The position numbers and the translations under genes are program-made. Below are positions 1 to 9,003 of a stretch of 64,000 bases of DNA, one piece after another. Position 1 is the first letter of the stretch, and each line of letters begins with the position of its first letter. The notes under the pieces are model-generated. The model was not told the origin of the DNA. It made no database searches and saw nothing but the letters and a program-made list of their open reading frames with translations. Origin of the DNA: Candidatus Omnitrophota bacterium (GTDB taxonomy: Bacteria; Omnitrophota; Gorgyraeia; JABMRN01; RBG-13-46-9). Location of the stretch: positions 16,382 to 80,381 of the forward strand of contig JABMQJ010000001.1 in the NCBI GenBank assembly GCA_013203315.1. The letters are read 5' to 3'.

Positions 1-171
1 TACTACGAGCTGGGTAATCGCTACGTCAGGTGCTTTAAGTATTAAAAATACTATCGAAAGCCCGAGGCCCACCGCGCCCACCGCTACCACCGAAGAAAGT
101 AAATCCTTTACTTCAATGGCGATTATCGCCCCGACAATCATGAATATCAATAAAATATAAAGTTCTACCAT
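1..171 (-). CDS. Mrp/Mbh-type antiporter small membrane subunit (MnhB-like), N-terminal part only; gene runs past window start
   Basis: Minus-strand ATG near 171 overlaps the stop of the upstream ORF (ATGGTAG). Translation MVELYILLIFMIVGAIIAIEVKDLL... is hydrophobic and MnhB/MbhE-like. Not in the ORF track because it is truncated by the window edge. Confidence 0.45.
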   Translation of the reverse strand, partial: MVELYILLIFMIVGAIIAIEVKDLLSSVVAVGAVGLGLSIVFLILKAPDVAITQLVV

Positions 172-1829
172 ATGTGTTTAAATAAAATGTAAAAAAGAAT
201 TATCATCCCAAGAAGGCACCACGCCAGGTATGTAGGGAGTATCCCGTTATGGACATAACGCAGTATGCCGTTAAAGCCAAACGTTATGCTCTTCCCTACT
301 TCGTATATGTCAAAAAGTTTCTTTTCGGCCATTTTATAAATAAATTTCAAAATCCCTATATCGCTTACCGTATTATAAAACTCGGTTCCGGATACCCTCA
401 TGTCCGGGTTATCTTTAAGCGTCTCTCCGCCTACAAAAATCTCGGTCTGTCTTGTTTTAGTTGCCGTGCCCAATAAATAAATTATGAAACCTATTATTAT
501 GCCGACGATCAATAAAATAGTAGCCAACCCCGAACCCCAGAACCCGGTAAATACAACATTCATGTTGAGGCTCGGTAATATAAGCATTTTAAGCGGTATT
601 GCGAGGGCAAAAACACCAAAGATAACGCAAAGCGAAGCCAGTAAAACAGTCGGGATCCACATTGCCGGGCCGACTTCTGTAATTTTACGGTTTTTAGCCG
701 GTTGTCCCAAAAATACGGCATGTATTAATTTCATGAAGCTGGCCAGCGTAAGAGCGCTTCCGAACATGGCCGCTACGAGCCATACTATCCAAAGCCGCCC
801 GCCGGCTTTCGCTGTTTCAATTATTCCCTGGTAAACCATCCACTTCGACGCGAAGCCGTTAAAAGGCGGCACACCCGATATGGCGAATGAGGCTATTAAA
901 AATGTTATGAACGTAATCGGCATAAACTTTGCCAGCCCGCCCAGTTTACTCAGATCCGTTGTCCCGGTTTTCTTTTCAACTGCGCCGCCCGACAGGAATA
1001 AGCATGATTTGTATATGGCGTGGTTTAACATGTGAAAAATACCGCCGGCTATTCCTATGGGAACGCCTGTTCCTATTCCTAAAACCATGTAACCTACCTG
1101 GCTTACGGCGTGGTAACCCAAAAGTCTTTTTAGATCGTGCTGCACGAGCGCCATCATGACTGCGGCGATTATTGTTACGCTACCGACAATAAGAAGCACT
1201 CGATTCATGGCCGGATCCATCTGGAATACGTCTAAAGATATTCTCGCAAGAAAATATATGCCGAGTAATTTATCCAGTGATGCCGGTAAAAATGCCGTGA
1301 CAGGTGTCGGCGCATCTTCTGCGGTATCCGGAACCCATGTGTGAAAAGGCATGGCGCCCGCTTTTGCGAAGGCCCCGGCTGCCAGGCACAAATAAGCCAA
1401 AACAGCGAGTCTGGTATTAAACGCGATGCTTAATTTATCGATATTCAAAGAACCGTTGAGATGCCAGATAAAAGCGAGCCCGAGCAGCATGAACGCATCG
1501 GTCCCACCTATTATTATGAACGCTTTCTTTGCAGTGTAAGAGGTTCTTTCCTTTCCGCCAAAATCTATCAGAAGATATAGTAGCAAACCTAAGAATCCCC
1601 AGAATATCATGAGAATAATCAGGTTGTTGGCAAAAACCACACCGAGGGATGCAACTATCGTGAGCACTATATATAGGTAATAGTGGCCCAGGCCCTTTCT
1701 CTTTTTCATGAACCCAAGAGAATAGACTATGGTCAAAAGAGAAAAGAAGACAATGAATATTCCTATAAAAACGGACATACCATCGACTTTAAAAAGCGCT
1801 TTTCCCAGAAGATCAGGAACTAAATTCAT
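165..1829 (-). CDS. NuoL/M/N-family proton-translocating membrane subunit of group-4 hydrogenase (MbhH/HyfB-like)
   Basis: 554 aa polytopic membrane protein. Family resemblance to complex I subunit L / hydrogenase-4 subunit B. Lies in an operon with the NiFe large and small subunits. Confidence 0.8.
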   Translation of the reverse strand: MNLVPDLLGKALFKVDGMSVFIGIFIVFFSLLTIVYSLGFMKKRKGLGHYYLYIVLTIVASLGVVFANNLIILMIFWGFLGLLLYLLIDFGGKERTSYTAKKAFIIIGGTDAFMLLGLAFIWHLNGSLNIDKLSIAFNTRLAVLAYLCLAAGAFAKAGAMPFHTWVPDTAEDAPTPVTAFLPASLDKLLGIYFLARISLDVFQMDPAMNRVLLIVGSVTIIAAVMMALVQHDLKRLLGYHAVSQVGYMVLGIGTGVPIGIAGGIFHMLNHAIYKSCLFLSGGAVEKKTGTTDLSKLGGLAKFMPITFITFLIASFAISGVPPFNGFASKWMVYQGIIETAKAGGRLWIVWLVAAMFGSALTLASFMKLIHAVFLGQPAKNRKITEVGPAMWIPTVLLASLCVIFGVFALAIPLKMLILPSLNMNVVFTGFWGSGLATILLIVGIIIGFIIYLLGTATKTRQTEIFVGGETLKDNPDMRVSGTEFYNTVSDIGILKFIYKMAEKKLFDIYEVGKSITFGFNGILRYVHNGILPTYLAWCLLGMIILFYILFKHIW

Positions 1830-3013
1830 GCCTTTTTACCTAGCTTTCGCCTTATTTTTTCTGTCTTTTCCTGTGATAGACGAACCAAGTCCTCGCCGTT
1901 ATACAACATTTTCCCCTTGGTATTTCGTACAGCCATTCTTTCTGTGCAGCAATAGCACGGGTCGATAGCGGCCAGAATGATCGTAGCATCTGATATGGTT
2001 TGCCCAACAACAGTTGCTTTATACGTAGGCAGGTTCATGAATGTTGGGGCTCTCACCTTGTGGCGCACGGGCCTGTTCGTACCGTCTGTTTTTACGTAAT
2101 GGAAAGTTTCTCCGCGCGGCGCCTCTATATGGCCTATCCCTTCTCCCGCCGGAATACTCTTTAGATTTAAATCGATGTCACCTCCGGGAAGATTCTGGAG
2201 GCAATATTTAACTATTTTTATTGATTCAAAAGTCTCAAGTATCCTTACAACTGCTTTATCAAAAACATCACCGTTTTTGGTCACGATCATGTCCCATTGC
2301 ATTTTATCATAGGCGCCATAAGGACAATCTTTCCTGAGGTCCCTTGCAACACCGGAAGCACGGGAAGTTGGCCCTAGAGCCGAATAATTTATAGCATCTT
2401 CCTTGCTTAAAATGCCTACGCCTTTTGTTCTAGCATGCAAAACCGGGTCATCTATGACGGCTTTTTTTAGCATAATAAGCGTTGGCACAATGGAGTCTAT
2501 TTTCTTTAAACAAACAGGTATGTCTTCTGCTTTTATGTCGCGTCTTACGCCGCCGGGTTTAAACATGGCGTAGTTATTTCTATTACCCGAGAGAATCTCC
2601 ATGACATCTAAGATTTCTTCTCTCAACTTCCACGCCCACATGTAAACTGTGTTATATCCTAAAAAGTGTCCAGCAAGTCCGAGCCACAACAGATGTGAAT
2701 GAATTCTCTCACCCTCAGCGATTATGGTCCGTATAAATTTAGCTCTCTCGGGAACCTCTACGGATATTACGTCTTCTACGGCCCTGGTATGAGCATAAGG
2801 ATGGCTCGTTGAGCATATACCGCAAATTCTCTCTACGAGAAAAGTAGCCTGGTCAAAGGTTTTCGACTCGGAGAGTTTTTCTATGCCGCGATGGTTATAG
2901 CCGACCTTAACGTCTATGTCTATGACCGTTTCACCTTCAACAGTGAGCGTAAAAAATTCCGGCTCTTCCTGCAGCGGGTGATACGGGCCTATCGGCACTA
3001 TTGTCTTTGCCAT
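1826..3013 (-). CDS. [NiFe] hydrogenase group 4 large subunit (NuoD-like, EchE/MbhL-like)
   Basis: L1 motif RICGICSTSH and C-terminal L2 motif DPCYCCTER are both present, so the Ni-binding Cys pairs are intact and this is a true hydrogenase. Confidence 0.85.
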   Translation of the reverse strand: MAKTIVPIGPYHPLQEEPEFFTLTVEGETVIDIDVKVGYNHRGIEKLSESKTFDQATFLVERICGICSTSHPYAHTRAVEDVISVEVPERAKFIRTIIAEGERIHSHLLWLGLAGHFLGYNTVYMWAWKLREEILDVMEILSGNRNNYAMFKPGGVRRDIKAEDIPVCLKKIDSIVPTLIMLKKAVIDDPVLHARTKGVGILSKEDAINYSALGPTSRASGVARDLRKDCPYGAYDKMQWDMIVTKNGDVFDKAVVRILETFESIKIVKYCLQNLPGGDIDLNLKSIPAGEGIGHIEAPRGETFHYVKTDGTNRPVRHKVRAPTFMNLPTYKATVVGQTISDATIILAAIDPCYCCTERMAVRNTKGKMLYNGEDLVRLSQEKTEKIRRKLGKKA

Positions 3014-3489
3014 TAAACTCCTCTATCCCTGATTGCTTTTTTATCCCACTCTTTATAATCACGCCTTAGGGGATAAACGCCTTCGGGCCACTCGTCCGGT
3101 AAAAGTAATTTTCTTAAATCCGGATGGCCCTTAAAGTTTATTCCCAGAAGTTCGTGTATTTCTCTTTCGATCCAGTTGGCGGCTTCAAAAGTATTGGCAA
3201 GTGAATCGATTTCCAACTTTTTCGATTTTTCCAGTTTTACACGCAGAGAAATTATTAGATTAATTTCTTCAAAAGTAAAATGATAAAGAATTTCCATGTG
3301 GTCTCTCGCATCTAACCCAGAGGCTATGTTAAATCTGGCGCCGAGATCCTTAAAAATATATTTTGCGACCTTTACTATGGACTCGGGTTTAATTTCCATG
3401 TAAACCCTCTTCGAAGATTTATCAAATACGTCGATGATGTCCGAACTGAATCTCTCGCAAAGGTCTTTTATGATACTTGTTTTTGTCAT
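3013..3489 (-). CDS. NuoC-like subunit of group-4 hydrogenase
   Basis: 158 aa NuoC/HycE-N-terminal-like protein; position between the NuoB-like and NuoD-like genes fits. Confidence 0.7.
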   Translation of the reverse strand: MTKTSIIKDLCERFSSDIIDVFDKSSKRVYMEIKPESIVKVAKYIFKDLGARFNIASGLDARDHMEILYHFTFEEINLIISLRVKLEKSKKLEIDSLANTFEAANWIEREIHELLGINFKGHPDLRKLLLPDEWPEGVYPLRRDYKEWDKKAIRDRGV

Positions 3490-3920
3490 TTCTTTTTAAT
3501 GCTTTCCTGAACTTTACCGATTAACTTAACTACACCCGCGATAATTGCCTCCGGCTTGGGTGGGCAACCCGGTATGTACGCGTCTACCGGAATAATCTTA
3601 TCCAAAGGCTCGGGGCAGTTATAACTATGAATAAACATGCCCCTTGACATGGAGCATTCTCCTATGGCAACTACAAGACACGGTTTTGGAACCTGTTCAT
3701 ATAGCCTTTTTAATCTTTCGACTGATTTGCGGTTACATGAACCCGTAATCAAAAGAACGTCTGCGTGCTTTATGCTCCCCGCCAGAAGTATGCCGAACCT
3801 TTCGATATCAAATCTTGGTGTAAGACAATCCAGAATTTCTATGTCACAGTTGTTGCAGCTTCCCGTTGAAAGGTGAAACACCCAGGGAGATTTCAGCAAT
3901 GCTTTAAGTTTTAAGCTCAT
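3486..3920 (-). CDS. NuoB-like [4Fe-4S] small subunit of group-4 hydrogenase
   Basis: Cys motifs GSCNNC ... GCPPKP are typical of the NuoB/HycG/MbhJ family. Confidence 0.8.
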   Translation of the reverse strand: MSLKLKALLKSPWVFHLSTGSCNNCDIEILDCLTPRFDIERFGILLAGSIKHADVLLITGSCNRKSVERLKRLYEQVPKPCLVVAIGECSMSRGMFIHSYNCPEPLDKIIPVDAYIPGCPPKPEAIIAGVVKLIGKVQESIKKK

Positions 3921-3921
3921 A

Positions 3922-4845
3922 TTATAAACCCTTGAAAGCTAAAATAACAGCCACAATCGCAATTATAGTCATCGGGCCCCAGAAAAATCTGACGGCCTGG
4001 TCAATTCTTACGCGCGGATTAGTGTTTCTTATCACCGTGATAAGCGCCACTAAACCAACATATCTTAAGACACTGTATAAAAGTTGGATACCTTTTAATC
4101 GGAACCCACCCATGAATAAAATCATCACGAAGAAAGGAAGCGTAAATAAAAGCATGTTTTTCATGAGCTTGTAAACAGCAAGCCCTGAGCCGGAATATTC
4201 GATTAGGGCTCCGCCTGCAAGCTCTGTTTCCGCTTCCGGAACATCGAAAGGAACAAGCGCTAACTTGGCCTGCACGCACATTATGACAACGATTAAAGCC
4301 AAAGCACCGGACCAGCTTCCTACAATAGCGCCGTTTACGGCCTGAAACGCAATAATATCCCCTAACCTTATGGAAAACCCGGAATGTATAACAGGAACAA
4401 ATACCGCGAGCACGAACGGAAGTTCATAACCCAAGACGAGCTTCATTTCTCGAGATGCTCCTATGCTTGCAAGTGGGTTTGCCGACGCAAAGCCACCCAT
4501 TATGATGCTTATCGAAGGAATCGTCAAAAGATACACAGCGACAATTAAGTCTCCTATAAAAGTGTTGCTTGTATTAATATTGTTTAACCATAAAAGCGTT
4601 GATACCAGTATTACGCCACCTAATCCTACAAGTGGCGCTAGTAAAAAAGCGGTTTTCGATGCCCCTTTCGGAACAAGCGTTTCTTTTCCGAGAAGTTTTA
4701 CAATATCTATGAGAGGTTGTAAGATCGGCGGCCCTACACGATACTGCACGCGGGCGGTAACCTTTCTGTCTATCCAGCTTGCCACAAGGCCGACAACAGC
4801 TGTTAACAAGAAACCGTAAACTATAAGGTAAACAACATAAATCAT
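3922..4845 (-). CDS. NuoH-like membrane subunit (HycD/MbhM-like)
   Basis: 307 aa polytopic membrane protein of the NuoH family. Confidence 0.8.
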   Translation of the reverse strand: MIYVVYLIVYGFLLTAVVGLVASWIDRKVTARVQYRVGPPILQPLIDIVKLLGKETLVPKGASKTAFLLAPLVGLGGVILVSTLLWLNNINTSNTFIGDLIVAVYLLTIPSISIIMGGFASANPLASIGASREMKLVLGYELPFVLAVFVPVIHSGFSIRLGDIIAFQAVNGAIVGSWSGALALIVVIMCVQAKLALVPFDVPEAETELAGGALIEYSGSGLAVYKLMKNMLLFTLPFFVMILFMGGFRLKGIQLLYSVLRYVGLVALITVIRNTNPRVRIDQAVRFFWGPMTIIAIVAVILAFKGL

Positions 4846-5399
4846 GCTTTTTCCCGCTGCCAGTGCGTTGAGTGCACTATAAGATTATCTCCGACTAAAA
4901 AATTATTTTCATCCAGTTTAGTGTCGCTGTCTTTTAAGCTGAGCGCGCCGTAAGAACAGCTTTTTATACAAAGCGGTTCATTTTTCTTGTTTTGCCTATC
5001 CAGGCAAAAATCGCAATTGCGAATGAGTAAAGGAACAAGTTCCGGATAAATAGTGCCGTAAGGACAGGCGTGTGAGCAGGATTTACAGCTAACGCAACGC
5101 AGGTTATGCCTTTCCAGCAATTTATCCTTTTCCTTCTGTTGCTCGAGCGCTTCAAACGGGCACGCATTTACGCAATGCGGCTCATCGCATCTTCGACAGA
5201 CAAGCGCGTATGTTGCCAGTTCCGCTACCGATAAAATTCCGTTATTGTCAGGATGATAGAAGAAGCTGCACTTAATGTCGCATTTTTTGCATTCACCCGC
5301 GGCGCAAATATCGAGATCAATAAATAATCTCTTATCCTTGCCATTTGTCGGGCTAGCGTTTAATTTTCTGTGATGTATTTGTTCTGCGCTTGTGCTCAT
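4842..5399 (-). CDS. multi-cluster 4Fe-4S ferredoxin-like electron transfer subunit (HycB/HydN-like)
   Basis: Four Cys clusters: CxxCxxCx3C, CRRCDEPHC, CVSCKSCSHACP, CDFC...CIKSC. Confidence 0.7.
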   Translation of the reverse strand: MSTSAEQIHHRKLNASPTNGKDKRLFIDLDICAAGECKKCDIKCSFFYHPDNNGILSVAELATYALVCRRCDEPHCVNACPFEALEQQKEKDKLLERHNLRCVSCKSCSHACPYGTIYPELVPLLIRNCDFCLDRQNKKNEPLCIKSCSYGALSLKDSDTKLDENNFLVGDNLIVHSTHWQREKA

Positions 5400-5403
5400 A
5401 AAT

Positions 5404-6228
5404 TTATGCCCAAATCTCGTGGAAATTCTTTATTTTATCGTATGTAAAAACAGGGCCGTCCTTGCACGCGTAATATGTGCCAATCCTGCAATGACCGCAT
5501 TTACCGATACCGCAGGACATGTTCTTCTCCATTGAAAGATAAATATTTTCGTCTTTGAAGCCCAGGCTAAGTAGTTTCTGAGTAGAGAATTTCATTGCGA
5601 TAGGCGGGCCGCACACAACCGCGATGCCTTGCGAAAAGTCCATGTCTATCCCGTCCAGTATTGTCGTAACAACACCGACATTCCCGTCCCAGCCTTCCTC
5701 GCCCTTATCAACGGTAAGTTTTATATTTATATCTTTTTTTGCGATCCAACCGTCTATTTCTTTTTTATATAAAAATTCTGAGGGGGTCTTGCAGCCACCT
5801 CTGTAAAATACCTTCTTGAAGTCGCCTAACCTTGAAAAAACTTCATATACCAAACTTCGTATCGGCGCCAGGCCACATCCGCCTCCGACAATCAATAGTT
5901 CCTTGCCCTTAAAGTGATCCATCGGATAACCGTTGCCGAATGGCCCTCTTACCCCTATCGTGTCGCCGACTTTAAGCTCGTGCACCTTCTCGGTAACCTT
6001 GCCTACCTTCATTACCGTTACTTCCATGGTATCCTTAACGTCGGGCCTTGAAGACGGCGTAAAAGGCGCTTCTCCCAATCCGGGGATAGTTATTTCCACG
6101 AACTGGCCCGTTTCGAAAGATATGGGTTCGACCGGCTTAAACTTTATGGTTTTTATGGTAGGGGTTTCAGTCCTAACCTCTAAAACCTTTGCTTCAATGG
6201 GCCTGTATGGATTTTCGTTATGATGCAT
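5404..6228 (-). CDS. FAD/NAD(P)-binding oxidoreductase with C-terminal 2Fe-2S cluster (sulfhydrogenase gamma / AsrB-like)
   Basis: FNR-like fold with GGCGLAPI motif. C-terminal motif CGIGKCGHCRIG. Confidence 0.75.
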   Translation of the reverse strand: MHHNENPYRPIEAKVLEVRTETPTIKTIKFKPVEPISFETGQFVEITIPGLGEAPFTPSSRPDVKDTMEVTVMKVGKVTEKVHELKVGDTIGVRGPFGNGYPMDHFKGKELLIVGGGCGLAPIRSLVYEVFSRLGDFKKVFYRGGCKTPSEFLYKKEIDGWIAKKDINIKLTVDKGEEGWDGNVGVVTTILDGIDMDFSQGIAVVCGPPIAMKFSTQKLLSLGFKDENIYLSMEKNMSCGIGKCGHCRIGTYYACKDGPVFTYDKIKNFHEIWA

Positions 6229-7246
6229 TTCCCACCAGTCTCTTAAGCACTTTTCTTATATCTATTTTTGCAGGACACGCTGATATGCAGCGGCCGCATC
6301 CGGTGCAGGCATAGGTTTCCGCTACATTAGGGAAATAGTCGAACTTTTTCTCGAATCTGTTTCTAAGTCTTTGCTGAAGCTTCGCGCGCGGGTTAGCGCC
6401 GCCGGCGACCCTTGCAAAATCTTTTATCATGCACGAGTCCCACATGCGCAAACGCTCCATCTTGCCTTTGTCTTTCTGGTCATAAAGCAAAAAGCAGTGG
6501 CATGTCGGGCAAATAGTGTTACACGCCCCGCATTCCACGCAGGCTTTCGCTTCATCTTCCCAGATATCAGATTCAAACTTCTTCTCTACCATACCTTTAT
6601 ATAGGTCCTGATGCGGTACGTCATTTTCTTTTACGTTATTTTCTACCTCTTTTACCACCCTATCCCTGCGTTCCGCTACGTCTTCATCGATACCGGATCT
6701 GGCTTCCTGGAATAGTGAGGCGTGTTTCTTCGTAAGCGCGCGGCCCTTCTCGGACCCGGCTTCAGCGACAAACCCACCCCTTGTTTCGGAAAGATTAATA
6801 TCAAAATTTTCTTGCGGATGCGGTTTTATTCCAAGAGCCGTGCAAAAGCACGTCTCTATGGCCAAGGTACAGTCTGAGGTTATTATAAGATTTTGTTCGC
6901 GATTTTTAATATAGAAGGGATCTTTGTAATCGTGGTTTTTAAATACGTGGTCCTGGATTTTAAAGCCTTTCAGGTCACAAGCCTTTACCCCTACAATCGC
7001 GAAGGGTTTACGATCCGCGCCCGGCACGTCCGGCTTAAAGCCTTTGGCGACTACCTCACGCGCGAAACTGAAGAAAGCCTTCAGCGGCTCAAATGCCCTT
7101 ACCTCGCCGATTGTGATGTCATCTGTGGGGCGTTCATATTTTTTATAAAAACGCTGTTTGCCCTTTTTAACCGGCACATAAACGTCGTAGTCGGCCCTCA
7201 GGGCATCCAGTAGTTTAAAAAGATTCGCTTTTGAAATAAATTGCAT
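6218..7246 (-). CDS. 4Fe-4S dicluster protein (sulfhydrogenase beta / AsrA-like)
   Basis: Motifs CVECGACNTICPTCHC and CTGCGRCISACP. Paired with the gamma-like subunit downstream. Confidence 0.7.
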   Translation of the reverse strand: MQFISKANLFKLLDALRADYDVYVPVKKGKQRFYKKYERPTDDITIGEVRAFEPLKAFFSFAREVVAKGFKPDVPGADRKPFAIVGVKACDLKGFKIQDHVFKNHDYKDPFYIKNREQNLIITSDCTLAIETCFCTALGIKPHPQENFDINLSETRGGFVAEAGSEKGRALTKKHASLFQEARSGIDEDVAERRDRVVKEVENNVKENDVPHQDLYKGMVEKKFESDIWEDEAKACVECGACNTICPTCHCFLLYDQKDKGKMERLRMWDSCMIKDFARVAGGANPRAKLQQRLRNRFEKKFDYFPNVAETYACTGCGRCISACPAKIDIRKVLKRLVGNAS

Positions 7247-7248
7247 AA

Positions 7249-7878
7249 TTATCTTTTATTGGCCAAAAAATAAGAGAGCGTTTCAAGCTCTCTTGATAAA
7301 TCGACGTCTTTTACTTTAACTTTTTCCGGCATAGAAAGTGATGTTGGGGCAAAATTTAAAATGCACGAAACGCCGGCTGCTACAAGTTTTTCCGCCGCAT
7401 CCTGGGCGCTCTCGGACGGAACAGCCACGACACCTATCGAAATCTTTTTTTCTTTTATAATTTTCGGCATATCCTCGATGGAATCTATCATCACGCCGCT
7501 TATTTTCTTCCCTATTTTTTTGGTGTCCGCATCAAATGCCGCTACAACGCTTAGTTTGTGCTGCTTGAATCCGGGATAAGCCAAAAGTGCCGAACCTAGT
7601 TGTCCTGTTCCCACAACCGCGACGTTCCAGGTTTTATCTTTACCGAGGATTCTCTCAAGCGCAACCTTAAGTTCGCCCGTGTCGTACCCGGAACCGCTTA
7701 CGCCGAACTGTCCGAACTGCCCGAGGTCTTTTCTCACCTTTGCGTCGGTCAGGTTTGTCCTCTCGCCTAGCTCAGCGGATGATATCGTGCGGATATTCAT
7801 GCGAACAAGCGCTGTAATTTCTCTTAAGTATATAAAGAGCCGGGAGATCGTTCCTTCTGATATCTTCTTTGTACTCAT
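7249..7878 (-). CDS. rex: redox-sensing transcriptional repressor Rex
   Basis: N-terminal KISEGTISRLFIYLREI wHTH plus a CoA/NAD-binding Rossmann domain (VVGTGQLG). The ORF track starts at a TTG at 7917; the ATG giving MSTKK at ~7878 is more likely. Confidence 0.85.
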   Translation of the reverse strand: MSTKKISEGTISRLFIYLREITALVRMNIRTISSAELGERTNLTDAKVRKDLGQFGQFGVSGSGYDTGELKVALERILGKDKTWNVAVVGTGQLGSALLAYPGFKQHKLSVVAAFDADTKKIGKKISGVMIDSIEDMPKIIKEKKISIGVVAVPSESAQDAAEKLVAAGVSCILNFAPTSLSMPEKVKVKDVDLSRELETLSYFLANKR

Positions 7879-7944
7879 TTTCACAGACTTTGTACCATTT
7901 TTCACAGAATAAGTCAAGGGAAATATATGAAAATTATTACAGGT
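7879..7944 (-). promoter_or_regulatory. rex promoter with two tandem Rex-box-like sites
   Basis: Minus strand reads CCCTTGACTtattcTGTGAAaaatggTACAaagtcTGTGAAaATGagTACAaag. The -35 is TTGACT. There are two TGTGAA-N6-GTACA repeats resembling the Rex half-site TGTGA; the second overlaps the start codon. Confidence 0.45.
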
Positions 7945-8574
7945 TTATTTAAAAATGAATCCCGTGGCGTTAGACCAGAATAAAAGGTCCAGTTCCCCGA
8001 GGGGTATCTTTATTTTCTTAGCGAACTCCCTCATTCTGTTTTCGGTTTCAATGTAGGTTTTTCTGTTAAGTGAAGCCGGTATTTTCTCAATTACACCGAG
8101 CCTTTTTAAGTTCCTGAGAATGTGGACGTCCAGTATCGCTATGTCCCTACCAAGACCAATGTTCCTAAGGAAGTGACTTGATTCTTTATAGCCCAGTCCT
8201 TTAATATTTTTAACGAGCCACTCTCTTGTTTTAAGTACGTCGTTCCGGTCGAGTTTTTTATTAACCTCGAACTTTTTATTGTTTTTAAAAATTCTTCTTG
8301 CAGCGATGAGATAGTCGGCTTTTTTATTGTGAAATCTCGCGAGCCCCTTCAGCTTACACCTTATCCGCCGGGCAGTGCCCCCGGAAAGTAAATCTTCTTT
8401 TTTTAATTCTTTTACGGCCTTGTCGCAGGAAACCGCTTTAGATTGCGGGGTCAGTATGCAAAAGCAAAGTTCCGTAAAAAGGTCCTCATCTTTTTTATAA
8501 GGGCTTTCAAATTCTTTTAGTCTTTTTTTTATATTTGATCTTTTTTTGCGGTAGGCTGAAATAAGGCTCTTCAT
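7945..8574 (-). CDS. 8-oxoguanine DNA glycosylase / N-glycosylase-DNA lyase, archaeal Ogg2-type
   Basis: 209 aa, the length and N-terminal pattern of the Ogg2 family (Thermotoga/Methanocaldococcus type). Confidence 0.6.
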   Translation of the reverse strand: MKSLISAYRKKRSNIKKRLKEFESPYKKDEDLFTELCFCILTPQSKAVSCDKAVKELKKEDLLSGGTARRIRCKLKGLARFHNKKADYLIAARRIFKNNKKFEVNKKLDRNDVLKTREWLVKNIKGLGYKESSHFLRNIGLGRDIAILDVHILRNLKRLGVIEKIPASLNRKTYIETENRMREFAKKIKIPLGELDLLFWSNATGFIFK

Positions 8575-8580
8575 TTATTA

Positions 8581-8769
8581 CTAGGAAACCATTTCTATCA
8601 GTCTTTTTGCTACTTTTATGTGGGCAATTTCGTCGTTTCGAATGGAAATCAATTTTTCTTTTATTTTTTCGTCACTGATTTGCTCTATATAATGGTCGTA
8701 AAAATGTTTTGCCCTTTCTTCGAGGGTCAATATGTTTTGAAACTCTTTTTTAAGCATCTTAGTATTCAT
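8581..8769 (-). CDS. small ferritin-like (rubrerythrin-type ExxH) half-domain protein
   Basis: Carries LEERAKHFYDHY and DEIAHIK, two ExxH diiron-type motifs. Resembles the N-half of the 159-aa ferritin-like protein at 11342-11821. Start taken as MNTKMLKK, preceded by GAAGGG. It overlaps the upstream ORF's stop (ATGAATACTAA). Confidence 0.4.
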   Translation of the reverse strand: MNTKMLKKEFQNILTLEERAKHFYDHYIEQISDEKIKEKLISIRNDEIAHIKVAKRLIEMVS

Positions 8770-9001
8770 TTTTTGTACCCTTCGAAACCTCTTCAATCAT
8801 GTTGTCCACCATCTCTTTATGCTTTGAGGAGTCGCGATAAAGATAGGAAAGCATTTTTGTCATCTCTTCTTTTCTGTCCTTTTCTATCTCGCCCGCATGC
8901 TTTAAAATCGCTTTAGAAAAGTTGGCAAACAGGGTTACCATGCCCTCTTCGACATCAATGAGTTCGTTAAGCGCCGCGAGTAGTTTTTCCTTTGTAATCA
9001 T
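8759..9001 (-). CDS. small ferritin-like half-domain protein, partner of 8581-8769
   Basis: 80 aa helical protein resembling the C-half of the 11342-11821 protein. Appears translationally coupled to the downstream small ORF. Confidence 0.4.
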   Translation of the reverse strand: MITKEKLLAALNELIDVEEGMVTLFANFSKAILKHAGEIEKDRKEEMTKMLSYLYRDSSKHKEMVDNMIEEVSKGTKNEY

Positions 9002-9003
9002 GT

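Noticed and set aside
8581-9001. Single frameshifted ferritin-like gene instead of two small ORFs
   Set aside because: The ORFs overlap by ATGAATACTAA with an SD-like GAAGGG before the second ATG, which is typical translational coupling. The order (C-half then N-half) does not reconstruct a normal single-chain protein. Kept as two genes but flagged.
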